This document shows positions 1-12,256 of a stretch of 64,000 nt of DNA, in pieces. The translations under genes were made by a program, and so were the position numbers. Under the pieces are notes generated by a model, which made no database searches, was not told where the DNA came from, and saw only the letters and a program-made list of their open reading frames with translations. Numbering within the stretch: the first letter of the stretch is position 1; the number at the start of each line of letters is the position of its first letter. The stretch lies in assembly GCA_051362555.1 (NCBI GenBank), contig CM120643.1:124001-188000 (forward strand), given 5' to 3'. This DNA comes from Lingula anatina (lineage: Eukaryota > Animalia > Brachiopoda).

Positions 1-1171
1 ATGAAGATCGTATTGCACACGAACAGGTGTTACATGTATAAAAATCAACAGTCCCTCGCTGGCGCCATCTGGTGAGCCCCCTACAGACCTCTGATTGATA
101 GTGACAGAGTGAGCTAGGAAGGATGGCGTGGACACACACACAGCCTAGTTTTCACTGGACAAATTAATAGCATAGTTTGACAGTTGAATATTGACGCTAC
201 AAACTGGTATATCCAATGTATCGAGATACTGAGGTTAGTGGATACATTTTTATCTTCCTGTCTCTTAATTTAATTCATACGCCTCTCTTTATCAACAGTT
301 TTCTGTTACTGTTCGCAGCTAGTAGAGATGGTTGCAAAACCACAAGTTAATGTTCTCAGCTTGCTTCATGAAAGTATTGGTGTCGTTACGTGTATCAGAT
401 CCTTTGGATTTTTTTCTTATCAAAAAGCTCAGTCTATACATATGTATGACCCAACTGCATTTCGTAAAACAATCTTGATTTAACACTGGTAGATATGTGC
501 TAATTGCTGTATTTATGGCCAATACTTTAAGCAGTAGACGTTTCTAAAGAAGATAAATCACAAGGTTTCTAGCAATATTTGTAATACTACGACGCCCAAA
601 AAAGTCCGCTATATCGTTGACATATATGAACGGTATTGGGTGAAACAGTAGTCAACGGCCCTACATCAACTATATACCTGAGGTGAATAACTGTAAAAGG
701 TTTCTGTCCAGCGTTCCCCGTATCTCCCACTCCAAGGTTATGCTATGTACAGTGTGGATACGCCGTATACAGTGTCCTCACATCGATATGCGATTTCCTC
801 CCTTATGCTTTCTTCTGTCAAAGAAACTGAAGTTCAGCCTAATCACCGATATGAGATACTTGCACCATATTTTCGTAATAAATCATGTTTCTTTCCGATG
901 AAAATGACGGCCGTCAAGCCCAATAGTTATTGATGTCTTTAGATATTTGCCTATTTGTCACTCTTGATGTGTCTGTGAAAAGAAAGATTTCAAGGACGGT
1001 TTAATGGTACTTAAGAAAGTATTGCCTTGTGGCTTTGGACTCTCACAAATGCCGATAAGCTTATCTAGATCTAGGGTTGAAAATAAAACTAATCTTGAAT
1101 TCTTGCAGAATTTTACAACTGAAATGCATGTAATTACAATAATAGCGAGTGCGTGATGCTCCATCTGTATA

Positions 1172-1445
1172 CACCCCACCGCCACCCCCCCACACTCCAC
1201 CGCCACCCCCCACACCCCCACATTCCACCCTCACTCCCCACACTCCACCGCCACCACCACTCCACCGCCACCCCCCACACTCCACCGCCACCCCCACACC
1301 CCCACATTCCACCCCCACTCCCCACACCCCACCGCCACCCCCACACTCCACCGCCACCCCCACCCCCCACCCCCACACTCTACCGCCACCCCACCGCCAC
1401 CCCCACCCCCCACCCCCCACACCCACACCCCACCGCCACCCCCTG
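1172..1445. repeat. C-rich low-complexity tandem repeat (CCACCGCCACCCCC/ACAC(T/C)CC variants)
   Basis: Repeated CCACCGCCACCCCCACAC motifs. They produce spurious Pro/His-rich and Gly/Trp-rich ORFs in several frames. Confidence 0.9.
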
Positions 1446-1760
1446 CCCATCCAATGGACACTGTCGAGATGTTCACCATTATTAGTAAGCAGCACCAGGT
1501 ACCTGACACAGAGGCCAAGGGAACACGTTGATCACGTGAGAAAGTAAACACATGCCGTAATTGTTTTAATTGAATAAACAAACAATACTGCTCATATTCC
1601 CATCACACAAATCGCAAAGACTGTTTTATTATTAGAAATGATTTTTCTCTCATTTGTCTACGATGAGATTCGTACGGCTGACCTTCTTTCTCTAAATGGC
1701 TCTGTTACTGTAATCTAGAAGCGTAAGTCTCACTGGGCGCGACCAGAAAGTGTTGTCCCC

Positions 1761-2796
1761 TACCATGGCCCATAGGAGCCTACGCGTGCGTCTTTTAGAC
1801 GCCCCTATACATGCGAAAACGACAAGGCCTATGCCGAGTTCGTCTTTTACTACAGAGCTTTGAGAGCCGAAAATGACATGGCTGTGTCTCTTTCACCACT
1901 TACTGAACTCCACAGCGAGATTGACACGACCCATGTCGCGTTCGTCTCTCAAATGACACTGTTATAAAACATGAAATAGGCATAACGTGTGATTTTCGCA
2001 GCTGAATAAGTAGACCCTTATAAACGAAGTTGACGTAACTTGAGAGTCATGTCGCTTTCAACTCTTACAAACCTCCAACAAAATCTATCTCCACACAGAC
2101 GCGCGCGATATGTACTATTGGACATGGGTCAGTTGAAACCCTATTAACCTAAAAGGCTCATGTTACTTTCAGCCAACTCTTATATGTCAAATCCAATTAA
2201 TTTGAAACAGTTTTGTGCTGTCCCAAAACATTTTTTTCATTTGAATCCCATCATTATTTAGTGCTATCTAGATAACAGTGTGGCTAATTGCTTGTAACAA
2301 TTATATGGCCTCATATTTTTATTTTCAAGGATTCAAATATAAAGGGTTTTAAGACGGTCCTTCTGTTTCAAATTAATTGGCTGAAAGTAACATGAGCCAT
2401 TTAGGTTAATGTCGCTTTCAACTGACCCATGTCCAATAGTACATGTCGCGCGCGTCTGTGTGGAGATAGATTTTGTTGGAGGTTTGTAAAAGTTGAAAGC
2501 GACATGACTCTAAGGTCACGTCAACTTCGTTTATAAGGGTCTACTTATTCAGCTGCGAAAATCACACGTAATGCCTATTTCATGTTTTATAACAGTGTCT
2601 TTTGAGAGACAAACGCGACATGGGTCGTGTCAATCTCGCATCTCTGGAGTTCAGTAAGTGGCGAAAGAGACACAGCCATGCCATTTTCGGCTCTCAAAGC
2701 TCTGTAGTAAAAGACGAACTCGGCATAGGCCTTGTCGTTTTCGCATGTAAAGGGGCGTCTAAAAGACGCACGCATAGGCTCCTATGGGCCATGGTA
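1761..2796. mobile_element. Non-autonomous foldback DNA element/MITE with ~430-450 bp inverted arms and a 6-bp TSD
   Basis: Arm 1761-~2210 (TACCATGGCCCATAGGAGCC...) is the reverse complement of ~2363-2796 (...GGCTCCTATGGGCCATGGTA). Direct repeat GTCCCC flanks it at 1755-1760 and 2797-2802. No transposase ORF. Confidence 0.9.
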
Positions 2797-4328
2797 GTCC
2801 CCAGCCTGGTGTTCAGAGTTTGTCTGATATTTGTGTTTTAACCGAGTAGACAGCTTTAATGGAAACTGTGTGTAAGCCACCGACAACTTTGGATTGTGGC
2901 GTTTTCAAAGAAGCTACTTTGCATCACCGTGTTCATTTATGTAACGACAAAGGTCTCAATATGCACTAACAGTATCACATCTCAGGCCTTATTGATTTCT
3001 TCAAAGACGCTCTCAAAGCGCCAACCTATCAGCGCCTGCGGTGTGTTCTATGTCTAATGGATTAATCCAGCAGATAAGGATATTAGGAAAGTGGTGGCAG
3101 TCTTCAAGAAGGCAAGGCAGTCTGATTGATGACACTCTGGTGATGTTTCATCTAGATTCAAGTGGCAAGAAATAAGAAGACAAATTGGAGCTGCTGGGGA
3201 GATGTAAGCAGATCATATGGCGGAGATCTGGCAGTCGGTTTATTATCTCCAACAAGGGAGGTTGTGTTTTTGCCGGCGTTGATTTCTTCTTCTTCTTCAT
3301 CTAATCTTATATTATTATTATAATCCTTCCTTATATCATTGCTATCAGCTCGGGAAAATTTGCAGTCTGATATGAGAACAAAGTCCCAGGGATAAGCGGC
3401 GCCCAACTTAATGTCAATTAACTTAATAAGCAATTTTCCGAAGACTGAGAACGAGTAGTGACGTGAGGAATGAAGCCACGCTACTTGACCCGTCTTATTT
3501 GCGATGAAAGTTGAGCCTGAGCCAATTATACGGACGGAAAGAGACAAGAGAGAAATATAATTTAATCAGCACGCTTATTAGACATGTTCAGCTTGATTAA
3601 GGATACAGTCGACATCTGATCTAGACACATATCGATATATAATAACTGGATCTACACTGATCACACTCCACACACACATCAAAGATTAACCAGACTTTTT
3701 TTTTACATTTTTGCAATTAATTAATTAACTAATTTGTTTATTTATTTATTAGGTACAAGTACATTTTCTCAGTTACTATGTCCTTCTGATATTGGTAGAA
3801 GTACGATAATCCAATTTTTTTAAAAAATCAGTGACATTCTAGATTGCTCAGTGACGTATGGTTTATGATAATCTTTGCTCAATCTCCTTCACCCCCTTCA
3901 TGTCAAGATACGTCAGCTGATCAGAAGTTTCTGATAAAATGGCCGACACTCCCCTCCCCCATCGCAATAGACTTTGGACTACTATCTAACCAGCAGGTGC
4001 TTGTGTTCCAGATCCAGGTGGTCTCTCCCAGACGCCAGCATGCCTGACTGACCGCCGTCCAGGTGTCTGTGCAGCCGTCCTCAGCCGCGCGTGACCTGAT
4101 CACGTGACCTGGTCAGCCAACAGGTGCTTCACGCCCGGTGATGCACACTTAGTGTAATAATTACTTCAACCGAAGAGCGATATCGATTCAAAGATATTTC
4201 ATTAAATGCCACAGTGTCAGATCCTCCATGAGTTTTCTGATCTGCGGTGAGCGTATCAGCTGTATTGTGTGCGTTGGGTCTAGAGGACAGCAATAGCGGA
4301 AGAGAGCAGCTCTACATACAAGTGCAGT

Positions 4329-5732
4329 ATGGTACTTTTTAAAGAGAAATGTTTGTATCTTATGATTGCTGGTATGGTGAACTATATCCTTGGATTAGGA
4401 GTTGTTTTATGGAAGATCAGCCACGCACCTGTGAGAGAATATTCAAAAGGATGCTTGGACTGTGCACGCACTCCCGGGCAGACGCACAGGGCCGCCCATG
4501 GTGAAAATAGGTCTTCAGGACTACCTGCTAGCGACCCAAACTTCTCCCATTGCGGACCGTTCAAAGACCCACAAGATACAGTGTTCGGTTACTGGAACTG
4601 GAAGAAGGTTTCTATGTGTGATGGACATCTAATAGCTTACAGAGATAAGTTTGCGCTTCTCCGCAATGTCATTGTTGACAGAAAAAGATCAAAAGAGTGG
4701 TCCGTTGCAGGTATTGCTCCAGATAGAGTACCACATCAAAAGGAAGAGAATGAGTTTATCAGTATAAAGAAAGGATTTTTCCAGATACTTTGATCTGGAA
4801 CATTAACAGCAGTATTCAATGAAACTCAGATGAAGCGTATGTGGCTCCAAAAGACAATGACGACAGACACCTCTCTTGACAAATACGCCATCATCCCTCG
4901 TGAGTCTAAAATGACCATAATTGTCACCAGGTTTGGTTACGCCAATGCATATTGGGCCATCGTCGATATGTACAATGCCTTTCTCCTGCAAAATTTCTTC
5001 GGCAAATCGTGTACTGAAGTGAAAGTTTTATTGCTTGACTCTCATCCCTGGGGTGCATTTGATGGGATGTGGAACACAGTATTTGGGAAAATGTTGCGGC
5101 TTACTGACCTCCACAATGTGACCTTGTTTAAGACAGTGGTTTGGGGAATGCAGTCCAATCAAAGTCCCATGCTGCGCCGACATATGCCTCATCTCCCGTT
5201 TGTGAGACCGTTCAGAGAAACCATGCTTCATCGCCACGGTGTGAGGCCACAGCACAGCCAGGCCTGCAAGACCAGCAAACTGAATGTCCTCTTCATATGG
5301 CGGCATGACTACGTGGCGCATCCCCGAAATCCCTCGGGGCGCGTAACAAGAAAGATTGCCAATGAAGGAGAACTTTTAAACCATTTACAAAAAACATTTC
5401 CAAGCTTCAACATCAGTGGAATTCAATTAGATAAACTTACTATTGCCAACCAGCTACAGCTAGTCTCAGCGACAGACATCCTGATTGCCATGCATGGTGC
5501 TGCATTGGCATTCACGGTCTTCATGACGCCGGGGTCAGGGGTCATTGAGTTGTACCCCAAAGGTCACGGGGTCAGTTGGCATTTTGAAAACCTGGCCAGG
5601 TGGAACGGTGTCCACTACACGCGCTGGCAGAACGTGGACTTCGATGCTGAGAACCAAGAGGCCACTTTTATCCCCCCGGCAGTGGCGTCACGCCTGGTGC
5701 GAGACATGAGTCAGCAGGTGTGTCCTGAATAG
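4329..5732 (+). CDS. Glycosyltransferase family 61 (EOGT/DUF563-like) type II membrane protein with an in-frame TGA at 4791-4793 (nonsense allele/pseudogene or recoding)
   Basis: ORFs 4329-4793 and 4830-5732 are in the same frame, separated only by the TGA (…KKGFFQIL*SGTLTAVFNETQMKR…). N-terminal TM anchor (CLYLMIAGMVNYILGLGVVLW). GT61-like motifs VTRFGYANAYW, LLLDSHPWG, FIWRHDY, TDILIAMHGAAL, VIELYP. Confidence 0.8.
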
Positions 5733-6319
5733 TGGACCTGTACATAGAAATAGAGCACGCTTGACAAAAAGTAGGATCAGCCCTACTTTCAATTAAGAAT
5801 ATTAAAACTTTTCTATGAAATGTATCTTATTATATCAGTGTTCTCATCCTGTCCACTTCTCCATGTTAAATGGTCTCAGTTCTTGTCAGTTGTCAAATTA
5901 GGTAGATCCAGCAGGGAAGCGTTAGGTTTAGTGTTTTAATATTTACACTGTATTCCATGAAGAAGCAAGTCAATTCCAAATATAGGCTGTAGGTTTTTAT
6001 AATATATTTATTATTGTTAAAAATACACTTAAAAACTTAAGAATTTGACCAATAATAACCAAATAGTTCCATTCATTGAAATTCAGTGCTTTAGGATTCT
6101 GATGGATTTACCAGTTGTTCCGACATGTGGCGCAGTTCTCAAGACATGACATATTTAGCCATTTCTGTCATTTACTGTATTAATGTTCAACTTGTTTAAA
6201 CTGTGCTCACCGTTTTCATTAAAAAGGGCAATTTTCTTGTTAAGTGTGGAACATAGACACGGCGTATTTTCCCTAAAAATACGCTTTAAATATAATATCA
6301 AAATATTGTTCACTATACA

Positions 6320-6320
<1 letters not shown>

Positions 6321-6373
<53 letters not shown>
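6321..6373. repeat. (TA)n microsatellite
   Basis: About 26 consecutive TA units. Confidence 0.95.
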
Positions 6374-6378
<5 letters not shown>

Positions 6379-7303
6379 CGTATATATAATTTTTTTCCTA
6401 CATAAGACTTCATTAAGGTACAGGCAATCCCGATCCCAACTTTGTAGTGTATATTGTGCTGACATATTGTGCTGTGTACGACCTCCTTTGCTCAAGTAAT
6501 TTCTAATACAATCAATATAATATATTTTTGAAATGTGTTAACATAGGCACCGTTTACCTTTAATATCAAGGTGTATGCCCAGCGTTCTGATGATTGCGCA
6601 CTCATAGTAACATTTAATGTTCTAGGAACGGCATATCAACCGTTATAAACATATATGTATTAACCATATGTTGTAAGGGGCCCTTCCTATCATTATCTGA
6701 CATGTACAGCAGGTATATGCTACTTATTTTACCCAGGTTACCCATGACATATATACACGTGTTTATTCCATGGTCAACCCACCTCCATGTTATGACAGAA
6801 TCTCTTTGAAGTCACGTGTAACTGTATAATTGTTTTAACTTATCAAAGGATAATTATGGTATGTTGTATTAGTAACATTGGACAACAATGTCATATTCTG
6901 ACCAGGAATTTATAACAGACCAGAGGACGTTGTTTGCTGATATTTTTATACGTGTTGATATAAGTATTGGTTGAATGTTTTATATGATATATGGGTATAA
7001 AATACACATGAGTTGGACAACTCACAGAGCTCTGTGCGCTACAACTTTGCGTGGTGCTTTATTTATTATTATTTTTTTAATAAACCAGTCTGAACAATCT
7101 TGTCAAATCTTAGTTAGACTAGTGGACTGTTCATTGCGTTTGTTACAGGTACACGTGTATACCAGATGGAAAAAATGATTCGAACTTACGGTTTTGATAG
7201 CTCAAATCTATCCATAATAATTTACATTATATTTCACGGTGTGGCCAAATAAAAGCTCGGACTTCATAGCTGCAATGCTATCTACGTGGTGTCCAAAACA
7301 ACA

Positions 7304-9420
7304 ATGATGACCCCAATAATGACCAAGAATGCTGCCCTTAGCCGTCTAGTAGCCACTTATGATGACCCCAATAATGACCAGGAATGCTGTCCTTAGCCGT
7401 CTAGTAGCCACTTATGATGACCCCAATAATGACCAGGAATGCTGTCCTTAGCCGTCTAGTAGCCACTTATGATGACCCCAATAATGACCAGGAATGCTGT
7501 CCTTAGCCGTCTAGTAGCCACTTATGATAACCCCAATAATGACCAAGAATGCTGTCCTTAGCCGTCTAGTAGCCACTTATGATGACCCCAATAATGACCA
7601 GGAATGCTGTCCTTAGCCGTCTAAATAGCCACTTATGATGACCCCAATAATGACCAAGAATGCTGTCCTTAGCCGTCTAGTAGCCACTTATGATAACCCC
7701 AATAATGACCAGGAATGCTGTCCTTAGCCGTCTAGTAGCCACTTATGATGACCCCAATAATGACCAGGAATGCTGTCCTTAGCCGTCTAGTAGCCACTTA
7801 TGATGACCCCAATAATGACCAAGAATGCTGTCCTTAGCCGTCTAAATAGCCACTTATGATGACCCCAATAATGACCAGGAATGCTGTCCTTAGCCGTCTA
7901 AATAGCCACTTATGATGACCCCAATAATGACCAGGAATGCTGTCCTTAGCCGTCTAAATAGCCACTTATGATGACCCCAATAATGACCAGGAATGCTGTC
8001 CTTAGCCGTCTAAATAGCCACTTATGATGACCCCAATAATGACCAGGAATGCTGTCCTTAGCCGTCTAAATAGCCACTTATGATGACCCCAATAATGACC
8101 AGGAATGCTGTCCTTAGCCGTCTAAATAGCCACTTATGATGACCCCAATAATGACCAGGAATGCTGTCCTTAGCCGTCTAAATAGCCACTTATGATGACC
8201 CCAATAATGACCAGGAATGCTGTCCTTAGCCGTCTAAATAGCCACTTATGATGACCCCAATAATGACCAAGAATGCTGTCCTTAGCCGTCCAAATAGCCA
8301 CTTATGATGACCCCAATAATGACCAGGAATGCTGTCCTTAGCCGTCTAAATAGCCACTTATGATAACCCCAATAATGACCAGGAATGCTGTCCTTAGCCG
8401 TCTAAATAGCCACTTATGATGACCCCAATAATGACCAGGAATGCTGTCCTTAGCCGTCTAGTAGCCACTTATGATGACCCCAATAATGACCAGGAATGCT
8501 GTCCTTAGCCGTCCAAATAGCCACTTATGATGACCCCAATAATGACCAAGAATGCTGTCCTTAGCCGTCTAGTAGCCACTTATGATGACCCCAATAATGA
8601 CCAGGAATGCTGTCCTTAGCCGTCAAGTAGCCACTTATGATGACCCCAATAATGACCAGGAATGCTGTCCTTAGCCGTCTAGTAGCCACTTATGATGACC
8701 CCAATAATGACCAAGAATGCTGTCCTTAGCCGTCTAGTAGCCACTTATGATGACCCCAATAATGACCAAGAATGCTGTCCTTAGCCGTCTAGTAGCCACT
8801 TATGATAACCCCAATAATGACCAAGAATGCTGTCCTTAGCCGTCTAGTAGCCACTTATGATGACCCCAATAATGACCAGGAATGCTGTCCTTAGCCGTCC
8901 AAATAGCCACTTATGATAACCCCAATAATGACCAGGAATGCTGTCCTTAGCCGTCCAAATAGCCACTTATGATGACCCCAATAATGACCAGGAATGCTGT
9001 CCTTAGCCGTCCAAATAGCCACTTATGATAACCCCAATAATGACCAGGAATGCTGTCCTTAGCCGTCTAAATAGCCACTTATGATGACCCCAATAATGAC
9101 CAGGAATGCTGTCCTTAGCCGTCTAAATAGCCACTTATGATGACCCCAATAATGACCAGGAATGCTGTCCTTAGCCGTCTAAATAGCCACTTATGATGAC
9201 CCCAATAATGACCAAGAATGCTGTCCTTAGCCGTCTAAATAGCCACTTATGATGACCCCAATAATGACCAGGAATGCTGTCCTTAGCCGTCTAAATAGCC
9301 ACTTAATTATGATAACCCCAATAATGACCAAGAATGCTGTCCTTAGCCATCAAGTAGCCACTTATGATGACCCCAATAATGACCAAGAATGCTGTACTTA
9401 GCCGTCTAAATAGCCACTTA
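7304..9420. repeat. 55/56-bp minisatellite, ~38 copies
   Basis: Unit ATGATGACCCCAATAATGACCA(G/A)GAATGCTGTCCTTAGCCGTCT(AG/AAA)TAGCCACTT, head-to-tail with no spacers. Confidence 0.97.
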
Positions 9421-12079
9421 TTTTGAATCACGGCGGGTGCAATAGATCGGTAAGGTCACAAGAGAACACTGGGGGTTTGGATAAAATTAAGATCTATATA
9501 TTTTTACTGTATGTGTACAACAAGTCCACACATCGGGTCCTTTGAAGTCGAAACAGTATCAACTAGAATCGAAGCTCTTTCAAAGGTGAGAAAACAATTT
9601 ACAAGTAAATAAGCAGCACATCTACATAAATAGAGCAAATGTAAAGCGACAGAGTAATGCATCAGCATTTCTTAGAAATAAACGCTAAATCAACGAAGCT
9701 GCGTGGTCACTACATACGGTGTGGCGTTGATGAACACGGTATTGAACTGACCGTCATGAGATGCCAGATGGTACGCCGCGGAGACGCTGTTATTGACCCA
9801 CAGCTAATATGTGTTAGATACATAGAAACAAATAAATTGGTATATTATAAAACGGGATTGAGTTATAATTTGTTTGAAAAAAGAGGCGAAGATGAATTTT
9901 ACCTCCCTAATTTCTCCATCTTACACAATCTGCTGCTATAGAGCTCTGGGCGACTCGAGTGCTTTATTCGACGAATGCAGTCATCATCTTGTGTACGTTT
10001 CATTGTCCCATTTCATACCACTTAATACGCGACAAATGGCGCTCTTTACATATATCAACCAGATATATATTGCTAGTAATCTAAATTTCCTCATTTAGGG
10101 ATTAGAATCCCAGTTGCATTATTATGAAATAGAACTGTTATTTAATCTGAAGTGAACAATGCAATGGAATCTTGTCAAAAAGGACAGCGTTTTTCTTCGC
10201 TACACATTATAAAATATCTATCGTTTGCAGGTTCACATTTATTGGTGATAAAAATATTTCACCGTTTTTCCACCATTTTTTCAAGTGCTTCTTTTGCACT
10301 TGATTAGATTGTATTTTCTATGTCTTCCTAATTGACTGATTCTAAATGTACCGCGTCCGCTAAGGATATCACCAGGATTCACTTATACTTTCGATAAATG
10401 CAGTCCATATACCTTATTAAAAAAAAAAAAAAGAAACCCCAAATAAGCCTAAATCTAAAATTAAATCTAAAACTCACATTACAAAAGCGTGTTGTACATT
10501 ATCAGAGCCCGTCGAGCTTTAAATGAAGGTTTATTATATATCAACCATATCACACACTGCCACCATGTTATGAGTTTATGAGTCCTTTTCCATTTCTAGG
10601 ATTCTGATGTATCCAACATCAAGGAGATTGTCGCTCGGCGTAGCATATATTTCAATAGGAAGGAGTAGCATACGTGTAATACTGTCAAATCAGCAAACTG
10701 CAGCCAGTATGCTCTAAGAATCATCTTTGCTTTGCAAAATAGGAGACTATTACAGTGCATCGTCTGAAATAATGGGGATATACATGTTATAATACCGCAC
10801 ATCATTATACGTCGTCATTCTTTATCTCTGATCGTGAACGCTACTATTTCCAGCACTTCGAACACAATCCTCTGTATGTTGCTAAGATTACCATGAAGGC
10901 GGGGGATATAGTAATAATACTGTGTTGGCCTCTGCTTCACTTGAGATTATATTTGATACAATTTCAACTGTTGAAATGCTGTGAGGATTTCAGCAGATTG
11001 CTCCTGGCTGAAATGCTTCCTGTCGCAACTAATGCAATGTTGAGAAAAAACAGCCTCATCCAACCTTCTCCAGTCGCTACAGCTTCGCCTCGTGGCTTGT
11101 TTCTTCTGGACTCTTTTTGTTTAGATATACAACTGTTTTTTTTTTTCTTAATTTTATTTTATCGAAATTGTAATGACAATAGCAATAAAATAGCTTAACT
11201 TCTGCGAGCTTTCTTCGGGTTTTATTTCCCCGAAAATGATGAGGAAAAGGCGCAAAAAGCTTTCTTTTTTTTCAAAGTTAAAAAACGCCTCTTCAACAGC
11301 CCTGTACAGACCGCTAGAAACCATTCTGGAAAACGATATTTTGTCCGACTCTAAGAGCGAATCTCTCTAAATTAAAAATAAGCGCTCGCTGTCTGCCAAT
11401 AGAAAGGGGTACTAGGCATAATAGGACTTTAACATCCAAAGCCTCGTTAATGTAAACGCCAATGATACTGATGAGCTCTCCAAAACCGTAATACGACCTA
11501 GGGAAATGGACGTAGTAAAGTTACTTCTTATACTTGTCCAAAAATGCATGGAAAGAAGAGTCCAGCCCATAGCTCCTGGTCATACGCAAAATTGATATTA
11601 GGTTAATTATAACAACTGTTTATTCTTTTGTTTATTCTAATAACCCCTGATGTTAGGGTGCGATATACACTCACTGTATGAGCAAGTGACTGGGGGAGTG
11701 GATCAAACCTTACACACGGTGTGATTACAACATGCTTTATTCATATGTATACTATGTAATTGTGTTGCTATCTATCTTTTGATTTAAATACTTATTTAAT
11801 TGATATAGTTATGTCCACGTCCAAGATCCGATGATTGTACCTTATATGTGAAGGTGTTTATCAATAACGAATTCCTATTCCTTCCTAGGTCACAGGGAAC
11901 GTTCTGTGCTTGTTTATTATATAATATATTATTGTTTGATTTGCGATTTATCAGTCTTTCATTTAAAAGAATGAAATATTAAAAACAATTAAACTTGACT
12001 GTATAGAACGAGATCTCTTAATAATAAAAATAATAAATAAAAAAGGAAAAAATATATCGAATCAAAATAATCAAAGAGT

Positions 12080-12160
12080 ACGACGTCACTGTACACGGCC
12101 GTTGTAGCACGTGATAACCTTCATGACGTCATGGCGTAGGCGTTAACGCGAAAGCACGTT
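12080..12160 (+). promoter_or_regulatory. CpG-rich proximal promoter of the HMG-box gene (CRE, E-box, E2F-like sites)
   Basis: TGACGTCA at 12124-12131, GCACGTGA near 12107 and CGCGAAA (TTTCGCG on minus) at 12147-12153, clustered ~100-170 bp upstream of ATG 12257. Confidence 0.45.
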
Positions 12161-12256
12161 TCTGCCGGTACACAATGAATATATTTACAAAGATGGGTGT
12201 TTACCGGTGAAATAAAATTATAACTATGACAGGAAGCAGCATATTGTAAAATTAAA

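Noticed and set aside
1061-1581. Extensin-like Pro/His-rich or Gly-rich ORFs
   Set aside because: They derive from a simple C-rich repeat open in most frames, with no splice or domain support.
5733-6300. SECIS element downstream of the GT61 gene
   Set aside because: ATGA...AA candidates (~5815, ~5957) lack a pairing helix and the 3' GA quartet by eye.
7304-9420. Possible CRISPR array
   Set aside because: Units are contiguous with no unique spacers, there are no cas genes, and the context is eukaryotic.
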